The notes under the pieces are model-generated. The model had not been told where the DNA came from and searched no databases. It worked only from the letters and a program-made list of their open reading frames with translations. This document shows positions 55,907-64,000 of a DNA stretch of 64,000 nt, in pieces (within the stretch, counting starts at the first letter, position 1; each line of letters begins with the position of its first letter). Source of the DNA: an uncultured Nitrososphaerota archaeon (lineage in GTDB: Archaea; Korarchaeota; Korarchaeia; Korarchaeales; Korarchaeaceae); the NCBI GenBank assembly GCA_964594835.1, contig CAZQNA010000005.1:99771-163770 (forward strand), read 5' to 3'. A program made the translations under genes and the position numbers.

Positions 55907-57301
55907 CTAGCCGACGGACACGGCGGCCCCCTCCACCTCGACGGCCGCGCCGAGGAGGTCCCTGATAAGGACCTCCTCAATGCCCTCGACGGCCGCCTCG
56001 TCGTACAGCACCAGGTATCCGCCGTCCCCCCTGGGCGCGACATCCCTCACCACGTAGTGGACCAGGCCGGAGTGGGCCAGGAAGTTCCTCACGTGCTCCC
56101 TAGTGTATCTCGCCGAGAGAGCTTCCTCTAGGAGCCTGGCCGCCCTTGAGTCGTGCCGGGCCGCCATAAGCCGCTCTAGCCAGGCTCCGAGTTCTTCCCT
56201 CAATCTCTCCGGGTCCCGCTCGGACCTGAGGAAGTCCAACGTCCCTCCGGCCAGGAACCACAGCCTGAAGAGAGGGGCTCCCGCCGGGAGTTCGCCGACC
56301 CTGCACTCGGCGGCCCTCCTCTCCAGTAGGAAGCTGGAGAGCGTGGACCCGGAGCTTGAACCGCTGCCCGGATCCTCCACGGTGCCCGAGACCTCTGAGA
56401 GGAGCAGGTGATACTGGAGGGCCATCCCACTCCGCCTGTAGGCGCGGAGCAGGCCGGCTATGAGCTCAGAGGGGAGCTCCCCGGGCCTCGTCCAGGGACC
56501 CACCCCGAGCGCCTCGGCCGCCCTCAGGGCGAACTCCCTCAGGAGAATCGGGACGGCGTCGATAGCCGAGGTGTGAGAGGCGGATCTCGCGACCTCCTCG
56601 CCGACTCGGCTGAGCAGCCTGCTTAGATGAAGGTGAACGACGATCGGGGTCCCCAACGACACTCCAAGAGATAGCAGGGCCGCTTCCCTGACGAGCTCGG
56701 CGACTGAGCACGGCTCGAGTGATCTAGAAGTCTCGAAGAGTTCCACCCAGAGGGACTCCCTGTGCGGCTCCACGACAACCCTTGAGAGGGACTCGGCGAC
56801 TCGGGCGACCTCCAGCACCCTCTCGGGAGGGAGGTCGGCGACCCCGGACCTGTTCGAAAGTCTTCGGCCCCTCCTGGCCACCAAGGTCAACCTTCTACCT
56901 GAAGCCAGCGAGTGGGCCAAGGCCCCCAGCAGGGCGGACGACGTCAGGGAATCAAGCTCCCCCCAGGGGAGCAGGAATATTACGGTATCGGCCTCCACGG
57001 AAGATAGAATCGATACGCAGGCGGAGAAGGCCGCCTCCCCCGAGCCGCAGGGATGATTCCCCAGGGAAGACCCATCGAGGTTGGCGAAGACCAGCCTGAT
57101 CGGTAGGTTCGATCCCCCGAGGCCCCCAGCGCGGATCCGCGTGGGGATCTCCCCGGGGGCCAGCAGGATCAGGTTGGCGGACTTGCCCCCGCGGACTAGC
57201 TCTCTCACCCCAGAGAGAGCCCACTCCACCGCCTCATTGAGAGACTCGGCGTCCACCGGCGCTCCAGAGGCGCACATGGGAAGAAGAATCGCAAGCGGCA
57301 A
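55907..57301 (-). CDS. hypothetical protein (464 aa)
   Basis: Protein-like composition; translationally coupled to the upstream gene (TGA at 57303-05, TTG at 57301). Confidence 0.5.
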   Translation of the reverse strand: MPLAILLPMCASGAPVDAESLNEAVEWALSGVRELVRGGKSANLILLAPGEIPTRIRAGGLGGSNLPIRLVFANLDGSSLGNHPCGSGEAAFSACVSILSSVEADTVIFLLPWGELDSLTSSALLGALAHSLASGRRLTLVARRGRRLSNRSGVADLPPERVLEVARVAESLSRVVVEPHRESLWVELFETSRSLEPCSVAELVREAALLSLGVSLGTPIVVHLHLSRLLSRVGEEVARSASHTSAIDAVPILLREFALRAAEALGVGPWTRPGELPSELIAGLLRAYRRSGMALQYHLLLSEVSGTVEDPGSGSSSGSTLSSFLLERRAAECRVGELPAGAPLFRLWFLAGGTLDFLRSERDPERLREELGAWLERLMAARHDSRAARLLEEALSARYTREHVRNFLAHSGLVHYVVRDVAPRGDGGYLVLYDEAAVEGIEEVLIRDLLGAAVEVEGAAVSVG

Positions 57302-57302
57302 G

Positions 57303-58046
57303 TCAGGTCTCCTCCCACCTAACTATCGGCTCGCCGCTGCAGTCGGCCCCCTCGAGGGCCGAGATGCCCCTCAGAACCGATCTTCCGACATGTGTGGCCC
57401 TCACCCTACCGGTCGGCTCGATGTCAAGTAGACCGGCCCTCACTAGGGTGGCCGCCAGGTCCCGGTCTCCTAGAGATCCACCCCCCTTCAGCAGGTCTGC
57501 AATTTTGCTCGAGAGTGAAGCAGGTACCGGGAGAACGGGAATGCGATGAATCTGGAAGTCAGACCTGCTTGGCCAGAAAATCTCCTCTAAGACCTCCCTG
57601 CTCAGCTCTCCGTACCCTAAGAGAAGATCCCTCCACCTCTCTATCCTCCTCTCGGAGACCTTCATTGAGACGGAGTAGACGCCCTCTAGTGGACCTAGCT
57701 GAGCCGCCAAAGACAGCACGGCGGCAAGCTCCGGTGAGGAGCACGACACTAGGGCCGTAACTGAGTCTGGCCTCACTTCACTAAGGGAGAGGCAGAGTGG
57801 TTCCAGCCACTCATCGACGGAGCCTTCTAGGCTAACCCTTTCGACTCTAACCCACCTGTACTTGAGTTTGAAGGCCTCTTTGAGCCTAGATACGGTCAAG
57901 TCTGAGTTGTTTACGGAGGCAAGCATGACCATCTCTGGTTGAAAGCTGGTACCGCTGAGGTAAGTGTACAACCTCGTGATAAGCCATGGTTCGTCGCACG
58001 CCGGCGCTAATATCACGCTGATGGCTCGCCTAGCCCTGAAGGGCAT
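57303..58046 (-). CDS. hypothetical protein, Rossmann-like N-terminus + possible C-terminal HTH (regulator/sensor-like)
   Basis: 247 aa; lower GC (~52%); first gene downstream of the AT-rich 58047..58425 region. Confidence 0.5.
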   Translation of the reverse strand: MPFRARRAISVILAPACDEPWLITRLYTYLSGTSFQPEMVMLASVNNSDLTVSRLKEAFKLKYRWVRVERVSLEGSVDEWLEPLCLSLSEVRPDSVTALVSCSSPELAAVLSLAAQLGPLEGVYSVSMKVSERRIERWRDLLLGYGELSREVLEEIFWPSRSDFQIHRIPVLPVPASLSSKIADLLKGGGSLGDRDLAATLVRAGLLDIEPTGRVRATHVGRSVLRGISALEGADCSGEPIVRWEET

Positions 58047-58118
58047 CTAAGGGGTCTGTCAAATGGGAGTCTTAATGCTGATGGGGCAAAATTTCCAAAT
58101 GAGGGCAAAAAAAGTAAA

Positions 58119-58135
58119 TTTCGTCTGTGACGAAA
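58119..58135. promoter_or_regulatory. 17-bp perfect palindrome TTTCGTC-tgt-GACGAAA (operator-like) in the AT-rich divergent intergenic region
   Basis: seen directly in sequence; ~75-90 nt upstream of the 58046 start. Confidence 0.5.
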
Positions 58136-58425
58136 GTATCCTAGCTCTTCTACCCCCGCCCCACCCAGCGAGGGTGTTCCGGGCCGGAGCTCGCATACTT
58201 ATTACCGAAACCCTTCGAGGATAACTATCCGGGGGCATCCGGTGGCACAGGGATGGGACCTCCAGGACCCTCCATATCGCTCACCAATTCATCGGACATC
58301 TGGTGAAGGAGAAGAAGGTCATTGGATACCTCAGGCGACCTTCAAAACCGTAAGTAGAAGCCTACGTAGCTTTGGACAATCAGAGCTCACTTGTCCTCTC
58401 CTGAAATTTCGGGTGAATTTGTCAG

Positions 58426-59964
58426 ATGGTTTCTCTGGCTGATACAGACTGGCTTCATAGGGAATTTAGATCTACCGTCGAGGTAGCTTCCTTCGAGCTG
58501 GGACTGTCACCTATTAGGCCTATCCCCGAAATTATAGAATTAGAGGATTTTCCGGTTGGTAAGGGGTACAGGGCCGGCGCCCTGAACCGAGGTAGGTCTT
58601 TGATTCTTAGTTCGCGACTTGATGAGAAAAAATTGTCGGTTGTTCTGAAAAGAGAGGCATTTAATCTATTTATTCCAGGAAATCTAGATGATCTAGGTCT
58701 GATTTATGACCTCTCCTGGGCCTACTCCGGTGCCGAGGTGAGTTGGTGGAGAGAGTGTACGGAAGTGGTCTGGGACCCCAGATTCCCACTCTACAATGCT
58801 CCAGAAACACTCTCCCCACTACCTAGGAGGGCCCTCCTTAATGTGCTCAGACGAATACTTCAACTGGTTAGGAATCTCAACAATGTTGGTAGACACCTCT
58901 CACGTGAAGAATATCTCTCCATATTTAGCGAGATGGTGGGACTCTTAGAACCCATTAAGTTGTCAAAGGTTCAGAGAAAGGTCATCCAAGAACTTGCAAG
59001 GAGCCCGTATCTGAATCAAAAGGAGTTGGCTAGAAGGATTGGGTTCACCAGGTCGGCTGTCTCAAAATCTCTGTCTAAACTCGCATCGCTAGGCATCCTT
59101 AGCGGACCAGAAAATGTCATACTCGAAAGAATAGGCCTGGCAGGCCTCCTGGCCGTGATACCCGATCTTCCTGGTATGGAAAGAGCGTTTGCCAGATTTC
59201 CCTTCACTTACAGGATACTGAGGCCGATCTCACGCGGCCTCCCTTCATTTGTCATGTTAATCTTCCCCAGCGAGGGCCTCACCCACCTCAGGAGGGCGCT
59301 AGATGGAGAGAAGGTACGACTTGCAAGGATGGTCAGACTGACATTCTCCTACAAGGGCGCGCCCTTCAATCCAGATGCGGATGTGGGGAGGGCAGTAAAG
59401 CTTCTGAGCGAAGGAGTTGAGTTCAAGATTCGAGGAAAAAGAGAGCCAGAGATTCCAAAACTTAGCAGGTACGACCTGATGATCGTGAATCAGGTCCTGC
59501 GAAGGGGCAGGGTCAGCGTATCGACCGTCAGGGCGATGGGAATTCCCTCGGCCGAGTCACGACTCCGGAGGCTTAGAGAGCTGGGGATAATAAGGAGACT
59601 CTATGCGATCGGAGGATTCAGACTGGGGAGGCCCATCTCTGCCCTGATAAAGTCCGAACAGAGGGACTTTCCCAAGATCTCAGCTGCCTTGGGGGCGATA
59701 TCCACCTCACTCTCTTACTACGTCGAGGGGGATATCAATGGGACTTGGGGCATTCTTCTGACCTCTGAGAGGGATGTCCTAAAGGTGATGCAGTCGCTCA
59801 AGATAGTTTTTGGATCAGAGCTGGCCGGCGCAATCCCCCTGCTCGACTTTTCTCCCTCGTACTGGAGCATCCCCGTGGAACTCTGGGACGAGGGGCGCAA
59901 TCGCTTCAGGTATGAGCAGGCGCTCGAGCAGCTCCTTTCCTCACTCTCACCTAGCGACTCTTGA
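58426..59964 (+). CDS. tandem Lrp/AsnC-type regulator (two HTH+RAM units fused) with ~180-aa N-terminal extra domain
   Basis: Two HTH_AsnC-like segments (KVQRKVIQELARSPYLNQKELARRIGFTRSAVSKSLSKLASLGIL; RYDLMIVNQVLRRGRVSVSTVRAMGIPSAESRLRRLRELGII), each followed by a RAM-like block; ~45% GC. Confidence 0.6.
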   Translation: MVSLADTDWLHREFRSTVEVASFELGLSPIRPIPEIIELEDFPVGKGYRAGALNRGRSLILSSRLDEKKLSVVLKREAFNLFIPGNLDDLGLIYDLSWAYSGAEVSWWRECTEVVWDPRFPLYNAPETLSPLPRRALLNVLRRILQLVRNLNNVGRHLSREEYLSIFSEMVGLLEPIKLSKVQRKVIQELARSPYLNQKELARRIGFTRSAVSKSLSKLASLGILSGPENVILERIGLAGLLAVIPDLPGMERAFARFPFTYRILRPISRGLPSFVMLIFPSEGLTHLRRALDGEKVRLARMVRLTFSYKGAPFNPDADVGRAVKLLSEGVEFKIRGKREPEIPKLSRYDLMIVNQVLRRGRVSVSTVRAMGIPSAESRLRRLRELGIIRRLYAIGGFRLGRPISALIKSEQRDFPKISAALGAISTSLSYYVEGDINGTWGILLTSERDVLKVMQSLKIVFGSELAGAIPLLDFSPSYWSIPVELWDEGRNRFRYEQALEQLLSSLSPSDS

Positions 59965-61302
59965 GACGCTCGCCGACCACCCGGCGACCAGCGCCCTGAT
60001 CAGATCCACCGAGGTGTTGACCTCGTAGACCAGGACCTGCCTGCGTCCAGCCCCCTTCCTCCCCACGTTCCTCTGGAGAAGCCATCCCGGGGGGCACTCC
60101 CCCCCAAGCAGGGAGTAGAGCTTGCCCTGCGATATGGAGGGTATGAGCCTGGCGAGCTCCGTGGCGGCGAGCCCCCTGTGGTCCTCCCTGGACCCCACGC
60201 TCCTCTTAACCCACCTCAGATCTTCTTCCGGGATCCTCCAGGGGAGCAGGAGACCCAGGACCTCTATTCCTCGCTCCGGATCCAACCCCATCGAGTCCAC
60301 GGCGTGCTTCAGCGCCAGGACGTCTATCACCGAGAAGCAGTCGTCTCCGACCAGCTTGATCGGTTCCTCTATGCCGAGGGGGAGGCCAAGCCTGTAGGCG
60401 AGGCTCTTGGCCCTGATCAGGGCCCTCATCTGCTCGGAGGTGAGGAGCGCCCCCAGCCTCTTCAGGAGAGATCTGTAGTGGTCGTCTATCCTCAGGGCCT
60501 CGGCCACCCTGGAGTAGGAGGCCATCAGGGGCCTCTCCCTGATCAGGAGACCCGACCTCCACAGGTCGGGGGAGAGGTGGACCAGGGCCCTGAGGAGCCC
60601 GTCTCCCCTCATCGTGGCGGCAGGGTTCGTGAAGGCTACCTCCTGGGCCAGGGCCACGTCTATCGCGACCTCGATGTATGCCCTCATCCTCCTCCTGGCC
60701 CCGCGCCTCCTCCCGCCGAGCTGAAACGTCAGGCCGGTTGGCGTGAGGAAGTAGAAGTCCCCTGGCCTGATCCCCCAGTCCCTCCTCGAGCGGGACTCCG
60801 CGAACCTCCTGCTGATCTCCCCCCGCACGAGGGGAGAGGACAGGCCGTAGAGAGTCTCGGCCGGCAGGTCCTCTACAGAGTCCCCCTCTATCACCTGAAC
60901 GAGGGAGTAGGGTCGCGAGAGCATCCCCCTCCCCCTGAGGGCGCCGTCCAGGGCGGGCTCGACCGCCCTCGCGACCTCCCTCCAGAGCCTCACCACGTCG
61001 GCCGCCTCGGCCCTGGGCCGGACGAGCAGCCGAACCCTGGCGGAGGTGAAGCCTATGGAGTACCGCCTGACCTCGAGGACGGGTGGGCAGTAGGGCCTCA
61101 ATCCGCTCACTTGCTCGACGGCCCGCAGGCGACTCTTCCCAGACCTGTACCCCAGGCACACGTCCTCCCTGGCCACTCTGGAGATCCTCTCAGATATCCG
61201 GCGGAGGAATCGCGGGCCCTCGCATCCCGCCTCCTCCGACCAGTCCACCGCGACCCTGGTCAGCGAGAGGAGCGCCCTCTGAATCAAGCGGAGGCCCCCC
61301 AA
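59947..61302 (-). CDS. hypothetical Arg-rich protein (451 aa)
   Basis: Protein-like composition versus the Pro/Gly-rich antisense ORF 60178..61533. Confidence 0.5.
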   Translation of the reverse strand: MGGLRLIQRALLSLTRVAVDWSEEAGCEGPRFLRRISERISRVAREDVCLGYRSGKSRLRAVEQVSGLRPYCPPVLEVRRYSIGFTSARVRLLVRPRAEAADVVRLWREVARAVEPALDGALRGRGMLSRPYSLVQVIEGDSVEDLPAETLYGLSSPLVRGEISRRFAESRSRRDWGIRPGDFYFLTPTGLTFQLGGRRRGARRRMRAYIEVAIDVALAQEVAFTNPAATMRGDGLLRALVHLSPDLWRSGLLIRERPLMASYSRVAEALRIDDHYRSLLKRLGALLTSEQMRALIRAKSLAYRLGLPLGIEEPIKLVGDDCFSVIDVLALKHAVDSMGLDPERGIEVLGLLLPWRIPEEDLRWVKRSVGSREDHRGLAATELARLIPSISQGKLYSLLGGECPPGWLLQRNVGRKGAGRRQVLVYEVNTSVDLIRALVAGWSASVSRVAR

Positions 61303-61418
61303 ACAGGGGGACCGGGCGAGCGGCCGCGTTGGCGGCCCGGGGGCCTGTCAACCCGCCACCCGTCCGCCCGGCCCCGGGCTCCGGCTGCGGCCGGGAAAAT
61401 AAAACTCCCTCGCCCACC

Positions 61419-62279
61419 TCACCTGAACTCCTCGAGGAACCCCCTCACGTCAACCCTCAGTTCTCGCTCGGCGAGGGGATCTCCCCTGAGCTGGGGCATC
61501 TCGTCAAGGATAGTCGGCTCCTCCGACCTGTAGAAGATCCCTATTGGTACCCTCTCTCCTCCCGTGACCTCCTCCTCCCTGGCCCTCTCGAACGCGCCCT
61601 CCCAGTCGCTCGGATCGTGTCCGACGTCCTCGAGCTTGTAGACCCTCTCCCTGTAGTACGGGTAGGTGTTGTAGAACGTGACGCACGGCTGGAGCACGTC
61701 TATGAAGGCGAAGCCCCTGTGCCTCACCCCCTCCTTGAAGAGGTAGGTGAGGTGCTCCGCGTCCCCCGCGAACCCCCTGGCTACGAAGGTGGCCCCCAGC
61801 GATAGGGCAAAGGTCAGCGGGTTGAGCGGGTTCTCTGGGACGCCGAAGGGCGTGGACCTGGTCTTCATCCCCCTGGGCGTGGTGGGCGTGAACTGACCGG
61901 TGGTAAGGCCGAACACCTTGTTGTTGTGGACGACGTAGAGGATGTCCACGTTCCTCCTTATCGCGTGCGGGAGGTGCCCCACACCGATGGCGTATGCGTC
62001 TCCATCGCCGGCGAAGCCCATGACCTCCAGCTCATGGTTGGCCAGCTTTATTCCGGTCGCCAGCGGGAGGACCCGGCCGTGTATCGTGTGGAAGCTGTTC
62101 ACAGCGACGTAGTCCCCCATCTTGCCGTGGCACCCTATGCCCGTCACCACGACCACTCTCTCGGGCTCGAGCTCCAGCTCGACGATTGTCCGCTTGAGCG
62201 CCATAAGTATGGCGAAGTTCCCGCACCCGGGGCACCAGGTGTTCCCCTTGGCGGTCCCGAGCTCGGCGACGGTCACCAT
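61419..62279 (-). CDS. 2-oxoacid:ferredoxin oxidoreductase beta subunit (TPP-binding)
   Basis: CPGCG, GIGC, GDGD TPP motifs; ATGA overlap with alpha; the ORF-track 184-aa 5' extension rejected. Confidence 0.88.
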   Translation of the reverse strand: MVTVAELGTAKGNTWCPGCGNFAILMALKRTIVELELEPERVVVVTGIGCHGKMGDYVAVNSFHTIHGRVLPLATGIKLANHELEVMGFAGDGDAYAIGVGHLPHAIRRNVDILYVVHNNKVFGLTTGQFTPTTPRGMKTRSTPFGVPENPLNPLTFALSLGATFVARGFAGDAEHLTYLFKEGVRHRGFAFIDVLQPCVTFYNTYPYYRERVYKLEDVGHDPSDWEGAFERAREEEVTGGERVPIGIFYRSEEPTILDEMPQLRGDPLAERELRVDVRGFLEEFR

Positions 62280-63994
62280 CAGATCACCCCCCTGACCCCC
62301 TCCACCACGTCCTCGGGCGTGAACGGCCTCCCATCGTACCTGAGGACCAGGTGGTCCACCTCCACGCCGGTCTCCATCCTCAGGAGCTTTGCCAGCTGAC
62401 CAGTCGCGTTCTGCTCGACGGAGATTATCTTCTTCGCCCCCTTCAGGCCATCCAGGACGTCCTCGGACGGGAAGGGCCACAGGTAGACCACCCTGAGCGC
62501 CCTGACCCCGACGCCCTCCTCCGATAGGGCCTCGGCAGCCTCCAGAACGGCCCCCCTGGTGGAGCCCCAGTGGAGCAGGACGACCTCCGCCGAGGGATCG
62601 CCCCAGACCTCGACGCTCCTCCCCCTGAGCGCCTCCGAGATGGCCCTGAGCTTCTTCAGCCTCTTCTCCTGCATCCTCCTGGCGTTCTCGGGGTCCTCGC
62701 TGGCCCAGCCCAGCTCGTTGTGCTCCGAGCTGTTCTGCTTCACGACGGCCCCCCTGGTGCCGGGGATGGCCCTGGGAGACATCCCGTCCTCGGTGATGAG
62801 GTACCTCCTGTACTCCCCGGGGCCCGTCCACTCCCCCCGGATGAGTTTTCCCCTGTCTATGCTCACCGCCTGGGTGTCGAAGGGCTCCACGTCCATGAAG
62901 CTCTCGGTGATGTGCTTGTCCAGCAGGATTATGGTCGGTACCTGGAACCTCTCCGCCAGGTTGAAGGCCTCGGCTGTGAGGTAGAAGGTCTCCTCTATGT
63001 CGCCGGGGGCGCAGACCACCCTGGGGAACTCACCCTGGGAGGCGTGTACTGTGAACAGCAGGTCCGCCTGGGAGGTGTACGTGGGCAGGCCGGTGCTGGG
63101 ACCCGGCCTCTGGGCTATGACCACCACTATGGGGGTCTCCGTGCCGCCTGCCTGGCCGAGGGCCTCGACCATCAGGGAGAACCCGCCCCCCGAGGTGCCC
63201 GTCATCGATCTCACTCCCGCGTAGGCGGCCCCGACGATCATGTTGATGGCCGCGATCTCGCTCTCCGCCTGAATCACGCCTATACCGGCGTCGCGCTGAA
63301 TCCTCGCCAGGTAGTGGAGTATGGGGGAAGCCGGCGTCATGGGGTAGGCGGCGTAGAACTTCATGCCCGCGGCCACCGCGCCGAGTGCGCACGCCTCGGA
63401 CCCCGTCATCACGAGCCTCCCCCGGTCCCCCCGGACCCTCAGCCGCACCCCGTGAGGCTCGAAGTTCTCCCTGGCGTACTCGTAGCCCACCCTGGCGGCC
63501 CTCTCATTCACCTCGTACACCTTCGGCTTGAACTGGCTCTTCAGCACCCCCAGGAGCGCCTCTAGCTCGTATCCGACCAGGTGGACGAGGGCCCCCAGGG
63601 CGGCCGAGTTCCTGACTATCATGGGGCCCCCTGCCTCCCTCGCCATGGTGGTGAGGGGCATGGGCAGGGCCCTGGCTGGGGCCGCGTCCCCCGGCCTGAC
63701 CGAGTCCGAGTCGTAGAGCAGGACTGAGCCCTCGACCAGCTCGCCGGAGTGCCTGCTCACGGTGTCCTCGTTGAGGGCGATCAGGACGTCGACCCCCCTG
63801 CGGGGGGCCCGGACGGGCCTCTCCGATACCCTGACCAGGTGGTAGTTGTGTCCCCCCCTTATCAGCGACTGGTAGTCGAAGACGGAGAAGACGTGGAGGC
63901 CGCCGCGGACGAACATCTTGTCCATGAGGAGGCCCGCCTGTCGAATACCGTCCCCGGCCTCTCCGCCGATCATCACGGTCAGATCTGGGCCCAT
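62279..63994 (-). CDS. 2-oxoacid:ferredoxin oxidoreductase alpha subunit (fused gamma-alpha type)
   Basis: N-terminal MIGGEAGDGI then alpha domain; complete in window (ATG at 63994). Confidence 0.88.
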   Translation of the reverse strand: MGPDLTVMIGGEAGDGIRQAGLLMDKMFVRGGLHVFSVFDYQSLIRGGHNYHLVRVSERPVRAPRRGVDVLIALNEDTVSRHSGELVEGSVLLYDSDSVRPGDAAPARALPMPLTTMAREAGGPMIVRNSAALGALVHLVGYELEALLGVLKSQFKPKVYEVNERAARVGYEYARENFEPHGVRLRVRGDRGRLVMTGSEACALGAVAAGMKFYAAYPMTPASPILHYLARIQRDAGIGVIQAESEIAAINMIVGAAYAGVRSMTGTSGGGFSLMVEALGQAGGTETPIVVVIAQRPGPSTGLPTYTSQADLLFTVHASQGEFPRVVCAPGDIEETFYLTAEAFNLAERFQVPTIILLDKHITESFMDVEPFDTQAVSIDRGKLIRGEWTGPGEYRRYLITEDGMSPRAIPGTRGAVVKQNSSEHNELGWASEDPENARRMQEKRLKKLRAISEALRGRSVEVWGDPSAEVVLLHWGSTRGAVLEAAEALSEEGVGVRALRVVYLWPFPSEDVLDGLKGAKKIISVEQNATGQLAKLLRMETGVEVDHLVLRYDGRPFTPEDVVEGVRGVI

Positions 63995-64000
63995 GAGCGC

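Noticed and set aside
58047-58425. Possible CRISPR array or repeat cluster in the AT-rich intergenic region
   Set aside because: Only short imperfect GGGCAAAA repeats and one palindrome. There are no regularly spaced direct repeats of 25-40 bp, so it is treated as promoter/operator DNA.
60178-61533. 451-aa plus-strand ORF antisense to 59947..61302
   Set aside because: Pro/Gly-rich low-complexity translation. The minus-strand product has protein-like amphipathic composition.
62570-63565. 331-aa plus-strand ORF
   Set aside because: Antisense to the well-supported OFOR alpha subunit.

Overview
A GC-rich (~65%) archaeal chromosomal window. The archaeal assignment rests on an archaeal-type SAM synthetase, ThyX, PorGDAB, 2-oxoacid:ferredoxin oxidoreductase, and leaderless genes behind TTAATTAA/TTTATA-like TATA boxes. 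Many genes use GTG/TTG starts, and several ORF-track entries are over-extended at the 5' end; I have trimmed those. Most of the window is densely packed housekeeping and metabolic genes. Identified genes: spermidine synthase, NikR, SerRS, dcd-thyX, thioredoxin reductase, a 3-gene pyruvate dehydrogenase-like operon (E1a, E1b, E2; no E3 nearby), ribulose-phosphate 3-epimerase, MAT, a 4-gene porGDAB operon, a two-subunit OFOR, SurE, PDO, Nth and others. Notable content: (1) a complete PTS in an archaeon, split into a Gat-family EIIA/EIIB/EIIC locus and an HPr-EI locus on either side of the PDH/rpe genes. (2) A threonine-synthase-like domain that has lost its PLP Schiff-base lysine (K to I) and other PLP-loop residues, fused to an N-terminal Zn-ribbon and a C-terminal PadR-type wHTH, divergent from an ECF-transporter S component; likely a pseudoenzyme sensor-regulator. 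(3) A heavily degraded molybdopterin oxidoreductase pseudogene. (4) A ~2.7 kb low-GC island (45-52% GC) carrying a tandem Lrp/AsnC fusion regulator, a small Rossmann+HTH-like protein and a 17-bp palindromic operator, flanked by two large uncharacterised proteins. This island is the best candidate in the window for an acquired or undescribed module. (5) A PrsW protease / TIGR04076-like protein / three tandem secreted cell-surface proteins cluster. (6) Several fused or uncharacterised genes (degenerate P-loop plus deoxyribosyltransferase-like; a PRTase-like 3-gene operon). No rRNA, tRNA or CRISPR array was recognised.
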